Shown piece by piece: positions 1 to 9,472 of a stretch of 64,000 nt of DNA (positions are counted from its first letter, which is position 1; each line of letters begins with the position of its first letter). Origin of the DNA: Candidatus Polarisedimenticolia bacterium (GTDB taxonomy: Bacteria > Chloroflexota > Limnocylindria > Limnocylindrales > CSP1-4). The notes under the pieces were generated by a model. It was given only the letters and a program-made list of their open reading frames with translations, was not told where the DNA came from and did not search any database. Location: positions 1,021 through 65,020 of the forward strand of contig DASRJS010000109.1 in assembly GCA_035649355.1 (NCBI GenBank). Direction: 5' to 3'. The position numbers and the translations under genes were made by a program.

Positions 1-107
1 TCCTGCTGTCGTTCGGCTACCCGGCGGACACCGACGCGCTCACGGCTCCGCCGAAGAAGGGCGGCCGCAAGCCGCTCGAGTCGGTCATCCGCGAGGAGCG
101 CTGGTAG
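1..107 (+). CDS. 3' end of a gene truncated at the window edge; C-terminus resembles nitroreductase-family proteins
   Basis: In-frame translation LLSFGYPADTDALTAPPKKGGRKPLESVIREERW ends at a TAG at 105-107. The GYPA motif is typical of nitroreductase C-termini. The ORF runs off the window start. Confidence 0.35.
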   Translation, partial: LLSFGYPADTDALTAPPKKGGRKPLESVIREERW

Positions 108-364
108 CGGCGCCCCTGCCCGCGCCGCGCCAGGTTTCTTGCACATACGACCGGGGGTCGTGCTAGCTGACCTTCCACCACTCCGCGAGCCGGCAATGGC
201 GATTGCCCGAACAGGAGATCGAGCGTTGTCACCGCGTGCGCCCGGGTTGCGGGGCTGATTCGGGCGCTAGTACGACGCGGGCTCGTACGTGGTGGAAAGA
301 CTGCCTGGCGTGAGCGACGCCGGACGCGGGACGCCGGCGGCCTGACCAGGAGCGCTCGTAAGCG

Positions 365-1462
365 CTACTGCCAGCGGAAGAAGCGCGCCGAGATCAGGAA
401 GCAGATCCCCAGGAACGCGATCAGGACCGCGAAGCACAGCCATAACGGCGAGAACGGCGTCCCGCCGACCATCGCCTGGCGCAGCCCGTCCGAGAGATAC
501 GTCAGGGGCAGGGCCCGGGCGACGGCCTGGAGGGCCGGCGGCATCGCGTCGATCGGGAAGAACGTGCCCGAGAGGAACATCAGCGGGAACTGCACGATGC
601 TCGCCATCCCGTTCGCCGCCTCCTCGGTCGGCGCGAACGATGCGACGACATAACCAAGGGCAATGAACGACACCGAGCCGGTGAGGATCAGGGCAGCGAT
701 GACGAGCAGGTTGCCCGAGATCTGGACGTCGAACGCGTAGGCCCCGACGCCGACGATGATCAGCGTCTGGACGATCGCGATCAGCAGGCGCATGACGACG
801 TTCGAGCCGACGAGCTGCCAGCGCCGCAACGGTGTCGCGGAGAGACGCTTCAGGATCAGCTTCTCGCGATCGGCGACGAGCGGCAGCGCGGCGAACACGC
901 CGAGCTGCATGAGCGCCATCCCGAGGATGCTCGGCACGAGATAGCTGATGAACGTCAGGTTCTCGGTCTGGATCCTGCGTGGCGTCGGGATGACCGCGGG
1001 GCCGCGACCGCTGACCTCGAGGTTGATCCGTCCCAGGACCACGCCGACGAGCTGGTAGGTCGCGGTGGTGCCGTTCTGCTGGGTCGGGTCCGTGTAGACC
1101 TCGATCGACGCAGGCGGGCCGGGTTGCGTGACCAGGCTGTCGACGGCCGCGCCGTAGCCCGCCGGCACGACGAACACGCCGTCGACGTCGCCCGTTCGCA
1201 TGGCGGCGAGGGCATCGTCTTCGGTCTTGTCGACGAGCTCCACGTTCTCGACCCCGGCCAGCGCCTCGCGGAGGGCCGCCGAGCGAGCGCTCGAGTCGTG
1301 GTCGACGTAGGCGTAGGTCCGCGTTGAGTCGCCACCGCCCGTGAAGATCGCGCCGAACATGACGATGAAGATCAGCGGGAAGGCGAGCGTCCAGAACAAT
1401 GCCGCTCGGTCGCGCGTGAAGCTCCGGATGTTCGCGAGGATCAGGATCAGCAGCGCGCGCAT
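365..1462 (-). CDS. ABC-2 type transporter permease
   Basis: 365 aa protein with multiple hydrophobic helices. It is immediately downstream of, and near-overlapping with, an ABC ATPase gene (DrrB-like arrangement). Confidence 0.8.
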   Translation of the reverse strand: MRALLILILANIRSFTRDRAALFWTLAFPLIFIVMFGAIFTGGGDSTRTYAYVDHDSSARSAALREALAGVENVELVDKTEDDALAAMRTGDVDGVFVVPAGYGAAVDSLVTQPGPPASIEVYTDPTQQNGTTATYQLVGVVLGRINLEVSGRGPAVIPTPRRIQTENLTFISYLVPSILGMALMQLGVFAALPLVADREKLILKRLSATPLRRWQLVGSNVVMRLLIAIVQTLIIVGVGAYAFDVQISGNLLVIAALILTGSVSFIALGYVVASFAPTEEAANGMASIVQFPLMFLSGTFFPIDAMPPALQAVARALPLTYLSDGLRQAMVGGTPFSPLWLCFAVLIAFLGICFLISARFFRWQ

Positions 1463-1471
1463 CGGTCCCGC

Positions 1472-2419
1472 CTAGTCTCGCAGCGCCCGGCCGGTGAGCA
1501 CGAGGAAGACGTCCTCGAGGGTCGGCCGGCGCACGAGGAGGTTCTCCGGTTCGGCGCCGATCGCCTCGGCCGCGTCGAGCACTGCCCCGATCGTCTGGGG
1601 CACATCGCGCGTGTAGAGCACGACCTCGCCGTCCTCGTGGGCGATCGACGCGACGCCGCCGATCGCGCCGAGCTGGGCGTCGTCGAGACCGGCAATGGCA
1701 TCGAAGCGAACGGAACGCTCCTGGAAGTGCCGACCGACCAGCTCCTTGACGGTCCCCGTTTCGAGGATCCGGCCGTGGTCCATGATCGCGAGGCGGTCGC
1801 AGAGGATCTCGGCCTCTTCCATGTAGTGCGTCGTCAGGAGGACCGTCCGGTCCTCGCTGCGGAGCTCGTTGACGATGTCCCACAGCGACCGCCGCGCGGC
1901 GGGATCAAGGCCCGTGGTGGGCTCGTCGAGGAAGACGACCTCCGGGTCGTTGATCAGCGCCAGGGCCACCGCGAGGCGCTGTCGCTGACCACCGGATAGC
2001 TCCTTCGTCCGCGTCTTCCGCTTCTCGCCGACGTCGAAGCGTTCGATCAGCTCGTCGGCCGAGCGACCGGGCCGGTTGCCGTAGAAGCTCTTGAAGAGCT
2101 CGAGAACCTCGGTCACCGTGAGCTTCGGGTACAGCGCCGCGGTCTGGAGCGACACGCCGATCCGTGGCTTGAGCGCGTCGGCGTCGCGGTTGCAATCGAT
2201 GCCCAGGACGGTCGCAGTCCCGGAATCTGCACGACGCAGGCCCTCGAGGATCTCGACCGTCGTCGTCTTGCCCGCGCCGTTGGGACCGAGGAGCCCGAAG
2301 ACCTCGCCTCGGCCGACCTCGAACTCGATGCCGTCGACGGCCTTCGTGTCGCCGTAGGTTTTGCGGAGATCGCGAACGACGACGACTGGGTCGTGGACCG
2401 CGGAGCGCTCCGCGGTCAT
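1472..2419 (-). CDS. ABC transporter ATP-binding protein (DrrA-like)
   Basis: Walker A GPNGAGKTT, signature LSGGQRQRL and Walker B FLDEPTTGLD are present. Confidence 0.9.
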   Translation of the reverse strand: MTAERSAVHDPVVVVRDLRKTYGDTKAVDGIEFEVGRGEVFGLLGPNGAGKTTTVEILEGLRRADSGTATVLGIDCNRDADALKPRIGVSLQTAALYPKLTVTEVLELFKSFYGNRPGRSADELIERFDVGEKRKTRTKELSGGQRQRLAVALALINDPEVVFLDEPTTGLDPAARRSLWDIVNELRSEDRTVLLTTHYMEEAEILCDRLAIMDHGRILETGTVKELVGRHFQERSVRFDAIAGLDDAQLGAIGGVASIAHEDGEVVLYTRDVPQTIGAVLDAAEAIGAEPENLLVRRPTLEDVFLVLTGRALRD

Positions 2420-2859
2420 CCGATGCGCTTGCGCAGGTAGGCCGTGACCGCTCCGTCGTAGCCGAGCGCCTCGTACAGCTGGCGCGCCTCCGGCCGGTGA
2501 TGGCCGGCCGTGATCTCGACGAACGCCGCTTGGTGCTCGCGTCCGAACGACTCGGCCTCGGCCATCAGGCGATGGCCAACGCCGCGTTCGCGGGCGCCCG
2601 CGTCGACGACGACGGCGAGCACGCGGACGAAGCGATCGTCGTGCTCGAAGCGGGGTACGGCGTGAACGGCGATGAAGCCGATCACCTCACCGGCCTGCTC
2701 CGCGACGATGACCGCGGCGTCGGGATCGTCGAAGCGCGCGAGGCGCGAGGCGACGTCCGTCGGGCCGACCGGATAGCCCTCATCGGTCAGGAGCTCGGCG
2801 ATGCGGCCTGCGTCCGTCGCGGCTGCGGCCCGCAGCGTCAGGGCCTCCGAGCTGATCAC
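2416..2859 (-). CDS. GNAT family N-acetyltransferase
   Basis: 147 aa protein with an acetyl-CoA-binding-type motif (RERGVGHRLM). It overlaps the upstream ABC gene start by 4 nt. Confidence 0.7.
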   Translation of the reverse strand: MISSEALTLRAAAATDAGRIAELLTDEGYPVGPTDVASRLARFDDPDAAVIVAEQAGEVIGFIAVHAVPRFEHDDRFVRVLAVVVDAGARERGVGHRLMAEAESFGREHQAAFVEITAGHHRPEARQLYEALGYDGAVTAYLRKRIG

Positions 2860-3383
2860 GCGGTCATGGTAGCGCCGGGCGCCGTCAGCACGAGATGCGG
2901 GCCCCAGGCGCGTCCGCCGAGGACGACCCGCTCGGTCCCGAACGGACCCCGGCCGACAGCGGACAGGACGAGGCCACCGAGGTTCGCCCGCGCGAGCAGC
3001 CGCGTGTCGTCGAGTCCGGGCGCGACCCAGGCGACCGCAACACCCTCGCCGCGCCGTGCCAGAGCTGCGGCGAGGCGGCCCTCGGTCGTCGGCTCGAGCA
3101 GGACCAGCGCCGGACCGTCGTCATCGCGTTCGAGGCGGAGGCAGCGGGCGCCGAGTGGCCCTTCTGCGGGCATCGCAACGGGCTCCTCCTCGGGCAGCCC
3201 GAGGACCCGCCGCAACTCCCCAGCCGCGCGATCAGCATCGACCGTCGCCCAGCCGATCGCATGCAGCTCGATCGTCTCCGGTTCGCCGCGCAGCTTGAGC
3301 CGGCGCGCCGGGGCGGCAATGGCGAGCGCCTCAGCGACGAGCGCATCGAACGCCGCGCCGTCGCTCACTCGACCTCCGTTCAC
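2856..3383 (-). CDS. hypothetical protein
   Basis: Ala/Leu/Gly-rich 175 aa ORF. Its start and stop overlap the neighbouring genes by 4 nt. The alternative-frame ORFs in the same span are Arg-rich artefacts. Confidence 0.45.
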   Translation of the reverse strand: MNGGRVSDGAAFDALVAEALAIAAPARRLKLRGEPETIELHAIGWATVDADRAAGELRRVLGLPEEEPVAMPAEGPLGARCLRLERDDDGPALVLLEPTTEGRLAAALARRGEGVAVAWVAPGLDDTRLLARANLGGLVLSAVGRGPFGTERVVLGGRAWGPHLVLTAPGATMTA

Positions 3384-3394
3384 TCGGCCGCCGC

Positions 3395-4231
3395 TCAGCG
3401 CTGCAGGAGGGCGGTCACGCCGCCGTCCGCGAACGCGTAGCCGAGCCGCTCGTAGAGATGGCGCGCAGCGTCGTTGCCGTCCTCGACACCGAGGAAGATC
3501 GTCTCGCTGCCGGCCGCGAGCGCATCGTGCGTCGCCGCGGACGTGACCAGCCGGCCGAAGCCCCGCGTCCGGTATCCGCGGCGTGTTCCGATCGCGGCGA
3601 GGAGCGACGCCCGGCCGTCCGTCGTGCGGCGAGCAACCGCAACGGCCTCACCCTCGACCCGCACGAGGACGAAGCTGATCGCCGGGACCTCGAGCATCTC
3701 GACGACGTCCGCTTCGATGAGGACGTGGAAGGCCGGATCGAGCTCGAACGCGTCGGCGATCACGGCCGCCACGTCGCGTGCGGCGCGAAGGCGATCAGGC
3801 GTGGTCATGTCGACCCGTTCGACGGCGACACCGTTCGCCGTGCCCACGGACGCCGCGAGCTCGAGCGCCGAACGGTCATCCAGGTACATGTATCGGCTTG
3901 CGCCAACCTGGCCGAATCCGGCCCGCTCGATGCCGGCGATCCGGGCGTCGTCGAACGGCGCGGTCAGCCAGAGGTGCGGCCGCCGGGCGATGCGATCGAA
4001 GACCTCGCGAACCGCCCGCAGCCAGTCGTCGATATCGGTGTCCGCGTCGGGCAGGACGGGATCGACGAGCCTGTTGAAGACCGGCTCGTGATCGTCCGGA
4101 TCGTGGACGAGCCAGCCGCCGAGGACCTCGCGGATCGTGCGCCGCGGCCAGCGATGGGCACGCGCCTCGAGCGCCAGGAGCGTCCCGACCCGGAGGCGTC
4201 CGGCTCGTCCGTGAAGGCCCATCGGGCGCAC
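3395..4231 (-). CDS. GNAT family N-acetyltransferase (two-lobed, MshD-like size)
   Basis: 278 aa protein. The C-terminal half has the GNAT motif RRGYRTRGFGRLV...LGVEDGNDAARHLYERLGY. Confidence 0.65.
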   Translation of the reverse strand: MRPMGLHGRAGRLRVGTLLALEARAHRWPRRTIREVLGGWLVHDPDDHEPVFNRLVDPVLPDADTDIDDWLRAVREVFDRIARRPHLWLTAPFDDARIAGIERAGFGQVGASRYMYLDDRSALELAASVGTANGVAVERVDMTTPDRLRAARDVAAVIADAFELDPAFHVLIEADVVEMLEVPAISFVLVRVEGEAVAVARRTTDGRASLLAAIGTRRGYRTRGFGRLVTSAATHDALAAGSETIFLGVEDGNDAARHLYERLGYAFADGGVTALLQR

Positions 4232-4344
4232 GATACCCGCCGCCCGTTCGAAGGCCCTCCGAAAATCCGCTCACCCGGTGAGCGCGTATTGTTCCCCGGA
4301 TCCAGGGCGAAGATGTCCCCGTGACGCCTGAGGAGGTGCGACTC

Positions 4345-4770
4345 GTGTTCCGACGACTCCCTGCCGCGGCCCTTGCGCTCGCCGTCTCGATGGTCCTCGC
4401 CGCCTGCGGCGGAGCCACGAGCCAGGCGCCGTCCACCGGTCCGAGCTCTGAACCGAGCGCGGCGGCCAGCCAGGGCGGCCCGGTCGCGTGTGAGCAGGCG
4501 GCTGCCGACGCCGACTTCGCGGGCAGCGTCTCGATCAAGGACTTCACCATGGACCCGACGACCGTGACGATCAAGGTCGACGAGGCCGTGGCCTGGACGA
4601 ACAACGATTCGGCGTCGCACACCGCGACGATGGACGACGTCGACTGCTCGACCGACAGCATCGCCAACGGCACGACCGCGAAGCTCGTGTTCCACGTCGC
4701 CGGCACGTACAAGTACCACTGCCGGATCCACTCCGCGATGACCGGCTTCACGGTCGAGGTCACGCCCTAG
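4345..4770 (+). CDS. cupredoxin (plastocyanin/amicyanin-like blue copper) lipoprotein
   Basis: Copper ligands of the HCxxH...M type are present (YKYHCRIHSAMTG). A lipobox LAACGG follows the signal peptide. AGGAGG lies 8 nt upstream of the GTG at 4345. The track ORF starts at 4321. Confidence 0.75.
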   Translation: MFRRLPAAALALAVSMVLAACGGATSQAPSTGPSSEPSAAASQGGPVACEQAAADADFAGSVSIKDFTMDPTTVTIKVDEAVAWTNNDSASHTATMDDVDCSTDSIANGTTAKLVFHVAGTYKYHCRIHSAMTGFTVEVTP

Positions 4771-4851
4771 TCCAAACGCTGCCGGGCAGCCGCGCCCGGC
4801 CCTCGCGCCGGGCACCAGGTCCGGCGACGTGCAACCCTTCAGCCGGACTCC

Positions 4852-5475
4852 GTGTTGAAGGGATCGATGGACGCCGACGTCGACCTCGCCAAGCGCCTTG
4901 CCCGTGACCTCGACGGCTCGTTCGAGGCCCTTGTGGTGGCCCACCAGGACCGCCTGTTCACGATCGCCCGGCGGCTGCTCGGCGATGCCCATGACGCCGA
5001 AGAGGTGGCGCAGGACGCGTTCGTCCGGGCCTACCGGGCGATCGAGGGCTACCCGCCCGAGCGTGTCCGCGAGCTGCGGCTGCGACCGTGGCTCGCCGCG
5101 ATCGTCGTGAACCTCGCCCGAAACCGCCGCCGGCGCGTCGCTGACCGCCAGCCAGCCTCGCCGCTGACGCCGCTGCTCGAGAACGGCCTCGACCTCGAGG
5201 ACCAGGCTTCGGCCCGACCCGAGGCGCGTCACGCGACCGCCGAGTCGCGCCGCGAGTGGTCCGCCCGGCTCGCGGCGTTGCCGGTCGCCTACCGCACAGC
5301 GGTCGTCCTCCGCCACGTCGACGGGCTGAGCTACGACGAGCTCGCCGTGGCTCTCGGGCGTCCCGAGGGCACCGTCAAAGCCCAGGTCCATCGCGGCCTG
5401 CGGCTCCTGCGCGCCGCGCTCGACGCCGAAGCCACCACCGACCGCCATTCGAACCACACGGAGATGTCCGCATGA
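4852..5475 (+). CDS. RNA polymerase ECF-type sigma-70 factor
   Basis: Region 2 and region 4 are recognisable (LSYDELAVALGRPEGTVKAQVHRGLRLLR). The true start may be the internal ATG at 4867. Confidence 0.85.
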   Translation: MLKGSMDADVDLAKRLARDLDGSFEALVVAHQDRLFTIARRLLGDAHDAEEVAQDAFVRAYRAIEGYPPERVRELRLRPWLAAIVVNLARNRRRRVADRQPASPLTPLLENGLDLEDQASARPEARHATAESRREWSARLAALPVAYRTAVVLRHVDGLSYDELAVALGRPEGTVKAQVHRGLRLLRAALDAEATTDRHSNHTEMSA

Positions 5476-6272
5476 CCACGCCCCTCTCGCCCGATCGACT
5501 CGCCGAGCTTGCCGAGCTCGATGACCATGCCCCGGCCGGCCTGCGACCGGACGTCCTCGTCGCCGTCGGGCTTGCCGACCGCTACGCCCCGATCCCAACG
5601 CCGCTGGGTGAGCTCCACGTCGCCTGGAACGGCCGTGGCGTCTCGTGGCTCGGCAGTGCCGACCGCGATGACTTCGAGGCCGGCTTCCATCGCACGATCC
5701 GGCGCCCGCTGGAGCCCGTCGATCGCGTGCCGGATCGGCTCGGTGAAGCGATCGAGCGGCGAATCGAGGGCGACCGGCGTGTCCGGATCGACCTCGACCT
5801 TCGCGGCCGGACGCCGTTCGAGGTCGCCGTCTGGCACAAGGCGCTCGAGATCCCGCGCGGCGAGGTCCGGCCGTACGGCTGGGTTGCCTCCGAGATCGGG
5901 CGGCCACGGGCCGTCCGGGCCGTCGGCTCCGCGCTCGCCCACAACCCGGTGCCGCTCGTCGTGCCGTGCCATCGCGTCGTTCGGTCGGATGGCTCGATCG
6001 GCCAGTACTCGCTCGGCGGCCCAGATTCGAAGCTGAAGATGCTGACGTTCGAGGGCCTCGCGCCGCTCGAGCTCGAGGCCGCCGCGCGAACCGGGGAGCG
6101 GTTCCTCGGCTCGGACACGACGCACATCGTCTGCCTGCCGAGCTGCCACAACGCGCGGCGCATCACGCCGCGCCACCGCGTGCCGTTCCGATCGCTGGCG
6201 GCCGCGGAGGCCGCTGGCTACCGCCCATGCCGCGAATGCCGGCCGGCGTCGGGGGCGACGCTCGTCGCCTGA
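5472..6272 (+). CDS. ogt: methylated-DNA--protein-cysteine methyltransferase (Ogt) fused to a C-terminal Ada-type Cys4 zinc domain
   Basis: The MGMT active site PCHRVV and the N-terminal MGMT domain TPLGELHVAWNGRGVSWLG are present. The C-terminal 45 aa contain CLPSCH...(26)...CRECRP, matching Ada CRPSCP...CKRCQP. The ATGA start overlaps the sigma factor stop. Confidence 0.8.
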   Translation: MTTPLSPDRLAELAELDDHAPAGLRPDVLVAVGLADRYAPIPTPLGELHVAWNGRGVSWLGSADRDDFEAGFHRTIRRPLEPVDRVPDRLGEAIERRIEGDRRVRIDLDLRGRTPFEVAVWHKALEIPRGEVRPYGWVASEIGRPRAVRAVGSALAHNPVPLVVPCHRVVRSDGSIGQYSLGGPDSKLKMLTFEGLAPLELEAAARTGERFLGSDTTHIVCLPSCHNARRITPRHRVPFRSLAAAEAAGYRPCRECRPASGATLVA

Positions 6273-6364
6273 GATCGGCGGGCCTCATCCGCCGCCACCA
6301 AAGCGCAACCTTTGGCCTACTGGACTAGGCCATCGGGGTTCGCTAGACTCCAGCGAAACGCCGC

Positions 6365-7363
6365 TTGGACCAGCAGGGTATGCCAAAAAGTTCCGCCGTT
6401 TCCAGCTCGCGTCTCTGGCTCGCGCTCCTGACGATCTATGTCATCTGGGGCTCGACCTACCTCGGCATCGCCATCGCGATCCAGTCGGTCGAGCCGTTCA
6501 CGCAGGGTGCGATCCGGTTCACGATCGCCGGCCTGGTGCTGCTCGCGTGGGCCCGGCTGCGCGGCGGCGCAAACGTTCGCATGCCAACGCGGCGCGAGTG
6601 GCGCGACGCCCTGATCATCGGCGGGCTCCTGTTCGGAGGCGGCAACGGCCTCGTCGGCTGGGGCGAGCAGACTGTGCCGTCCGGGATCGCCGCGCTCCTG
6701 ATCGCCCTCGTCGCTGTCTGGTTCGCGGTGTTCAGCCGAATCTTCTATGGCGATCGGATCCCGTTGATCGTGGGAATCGGGATCGCGGTCGGCATCGCCG
6801 GTGTGGCGCTCCTCGTCTGGCCGTTCGGGTCGACCGCGACCTTCGACGGTCCCGGGATCCTGGCCCTCATCGGCTCGCCGATCTGCTGGGCCAGCGGCTC
6901 GATCTTCGCGGCACGCCGCGCGAAGATGCCCGCGAACCCGATGGTCGCGACCGCGTCCCAGATGCTCGCCGGCGGGCTGTCACTCGGGCTCCTGGGGCTC
7001 GTGACCGGCGAGGCCGGCCGGTTCAGCCTGGAGATCTCGACGGCGTCGCTGCTGGCGATCGGCTATCTCCTGGTCTTCGGCAGCCTCGTCGCGTTCTCGG
7101 CCTACAGCTGGCTCCTGCGCCACGCGCCGCTGCCGCTGATCGGCACGTATGCCTTCGTCAATCCGATCGTCGCCGTCGCGCTTGGATCGATCTTCCTGTC
7201 CGAGCCGATCACGCCGCGGATGCTCCTGGCGGCCGCGGTGATCGTCGTGGGCGTCGCGCTCGTGATCCTCGGCCGCTCGAGACTTCGGGCCGCCAGCATC
7301 GCGGCAACGGCGGCGCCCGTCGGACCGACGAAGCTGAGCGCGGCGATCTCCGACCCAGGCTGA
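6365..7363 (+). CDS. EamA/DMT family drug-metabolite transporter
   Basis: Ten predicted TM helices in the two-EamA-repeat architecture. Confidence 0.8.
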   Translation: MDQQGMPKSSAVSSSRLWLALLTIYVIWGSTYLGIAIAIQSVEPFTQGAIRFTIAGLVLLAWARLRGGANVRMPTRREWRDALIIGGLLFGGGNGLVGWGEQTVPSGIAALLIALVAVWFAVFSRIFYGDRIPLIVGIGIAVGIAGVALLVWPFGSTATFDGPGILALIGSPICWASGSIFAARRAKMPANPMVATASQMLAGGLSLGLLGLVTGEAGRFSLEISTASLLAIGYLLVFGSLVAFSAYSWLLRHAPLPLIGTYAFVNPIVAVALGSIFLSEPITPRMLLAAAVIVVGVALVILGRSRLRAASIAATAAPVGPTKLSAAISDPG

Positions 7364-7371
7364 CTGGGGGC

Positions 7372-9441
7372 TTAGCCCTCGGCGAGGATCGTCCTGGAGA
7401 CCCGTCGCGCCATCGCCATCACGGTGAGCATCGGGTTGACGCCGAGCCCGGTCGGGAACGTCGAGGTGTCGGCGACGTAGAGGCCCGGAACCACCGCCCC
7501 GCCCGTATCGCGACGGACGTGGCCGCGTTCGTCCGCGGCGTGATCCCGGGCCGATGCGCCCATCCGAAGGCTGCCCATCTGGTGGGCCGAGAAGACCGTC
7601 CCGCGATTCGGTCCGAAGTCGAACGATGCCAGGCCATCGACGAAGGCTTCGAACGCCCGCTCCGCGCTCGAGCCATGGGCCCGGGCATCGAAGAACGCGC
7701 CCGGGGCCCCGAGGGCGAGGATCTCGTTCGCGCCGGCGGCTCGGGCCAGGCGCGCCTCCGTCTGGAGCGCATGGCGCAGGGTCGCGATCCCGCGTCGGTC
7801 AAGGCGGTAGTCGAGGCGGACGCGGCCGGCCCGAGTCAGTCGAACCGTGCCCTCGCCGCCGTCCCGCGTCACGGCGATGAACGGCCCGAACGTGCGGGCC
7901 CGGCTCATGAGCTCGCCGTGCCGCGCGCGCCCGGTCCACGGCAGCGCGAGCGCGATCAGGCCGGGATGGCCCGGCGCCGATTCGATGACGTACCCGTTCC
8001 GGTTCGTGTCGCCCGTGACGAACTGAATCGAGCGAACCGACTGGAGCGGGCCCCGCCAGGCGTCGATGGACTCGTCGAACATGCCCGCGACGACGGGCAC
8101 GGGATGAATCCTCAGGTGGCGCCCGGCCGCCGGGTGGCTGAAGCCGCTGGCTTCGACGATTGCGGGCGTCCGAAGGGCGCCCGCGGTCAGGACGACCTGC
8201 TCGGCTCGGACCTCGATCGGCCGCGTCCGGACCTCGACGGACCCCGGGGCGAGCGGGATCGGCTCGCCCGCCTCGCCGACGACGACCGCGAGCCCGGCGA
8301 CGCCCACGGCACGGCCGCCCTCCACGAGCACCCGCAGGACGCGGACCCGCGGCACGATCCGCGCCCCGGCAGCGTGCGCACGCGCGAGATGGACACGCAG
8401 CCCGGATCGTTTCGAGCCGCGCCGGCAGCCGAACGAGCAGGTCCCGCAGTCATCGCATGGACCGCCGTCCCGCATCGTGGAACCCGCCTCCCAGCCGAGG
8501 ACCGCGGAGCCGCGGACGATCGCGGAATCCTTCGGCGGGATCGGCGCGGAGGGCTGGATCGCGAGCTCGCCGGACACCGTCGCGATGTCCGCATCCCACT
8601 CCGCGCCATCGAAACCGTCGAGCCCGTGCTCGGTCGCCCACTCGCGGCGGACCTCGAGCGGCGCATCGATGCTCGTCATCCAGTTCACCAGCGTGCCGCC
8701 GCCCACGCCGCTGCCCGCGAGCAGCGTCACGGAGCCATCCCACGTGGAGAGCAGGCCGCGGTTGAGATAGAGGCGGATGTAGCCGTCGAGCTCGTCGCTT
8801 GGCATCGAGGCCTCGTTGACGAACGGCCCGGCCTCGAGGACGACGACGGACCGCCCGGCCTCCGCGAGCGCCGCCGCGACGACACCGCCGCCAGCGCCCG
8901 ATCCGACGATGACGACGTCGGCGTCGAGCGAGATCGGTCCCTGATCCACGTCCGAGGCGCGCGCGACGATCGTCGGCTCGATCGGCGTCAGCTCCGAGGT
9001 CACCGGCGGCTCGTCCCGGACGTAGCCCATGCCCGCGAGAAGCGGATTGGCGCCGGATTCGCCAGGATCGGCGTAGGCGATGGATGTGAGGAGCTTTCGG
9101 TACGCGTGAGCGCCGGCGCGGAGGACGCCGATCGGCGAACCGAGCCAGCCACGGAGCACGGCCTCGCGTGCGCTGATCGGGAGGTTCGCGAACGCCCGAG
9201 GGCGGCCGGTCAGGAGCAGCGTCCCGAGCCGCGTGCCGAGCAGCCGCAGGACGAGCCTGAACTGCGCCAGCTGCGTTGGGTCGAGTCCCCGAACGGCCGC
9301 TTCAGCGGCGAGGTTGACCCGCCGTTCGATGACGTCGGGCGTGCCCTCGACGAACGTTTCAGCGAGCGCCGCCAGCGCGCGTCGTTCGCGGCGACTCCAG
9401 CCAGTCGGTGGGGTGGCGCGCGGGCCGGGCCGGATGGTCAT
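7372..9441 (-). CDS. GMC family FAD-dependent oxidoreductase (long-chain alcohol oxidase-like)
   Basis: FAD-binding GSGAGGGVVAAALAEAG is present. A C-terminal GMC His/Asn region and a long N-terminal extension match fatty alcohol oxidases. Confidence 0.8.
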   Translation of the reverse strand: MTIRPGPRATPPTGWSRRERRALAALAETFVEGTPDVIERRVNLAAEAAVRGLDPTQLAQFRLVLRLLGTRLGTLLLTGRPRAFANLPISAREAVLRGWLGSPIGVLRAGAHAYRKLLTSIAYADPGESGANPLLAGMGYVRDEPPVTSELTPIEPTIVARASDVDQGPISLDADVVIVGSGAGGGVVAAALAEAGRSVVVLEAGPFVNEASMPSDELDGYIRLYLNRGLLSTWDGSVTLLAGSGVGGGTLVNWMTSIDAPLEVRREWATEHGLDGFDGAEWDADIATVSGELAIQPSAPIPPKDSAIVRGSAVLGWEAGSTMRDGGPCDDCGTCSFGCRRGSKRSGLRVHLARAHAAGARIVPRVRVLRVLVEGGRAVGVAGLAVVVGEAGEPIPLAPGSVEVRTRPIEVRAEQVVLTAGALRTPAIVEASGFSHPAAGRHLRIHPVPVVAGMFDESIDAWRGPLQSVRSIQFVTGDTNRNGYVIESAPGHPGLIALALPWTGRARHGELMSRARTFGPFIAVTRDGGEGTVRLTRAGRVRLDYRLDRRGIATLRHALQTEARLARAAGANEILALGAPGAFFDARAHGSSAERAFEAFVDGLASFDFGPNRGTVFSAHQMGSLRMGASARDHAADERGHVRRDTGGAVVPGLYVADTSTFPTGLGVNPMLTVMAMARRVSRTILAEG

Positions 9442-9472
9442 CGGGCGGCCGGCCTTCGAGCGGGCTGGTCGA

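Noticed and set aside
4780-4810. Hairpin GCCGGGC-N6-GCCCGGC after the cupredoxin gene as an intrinsic terminator
   Set aside because: The stem is only 7 bp and no U-rich tract follows. It may still act as a weak terminator, but the evidence is insufficient to list it as a feature.
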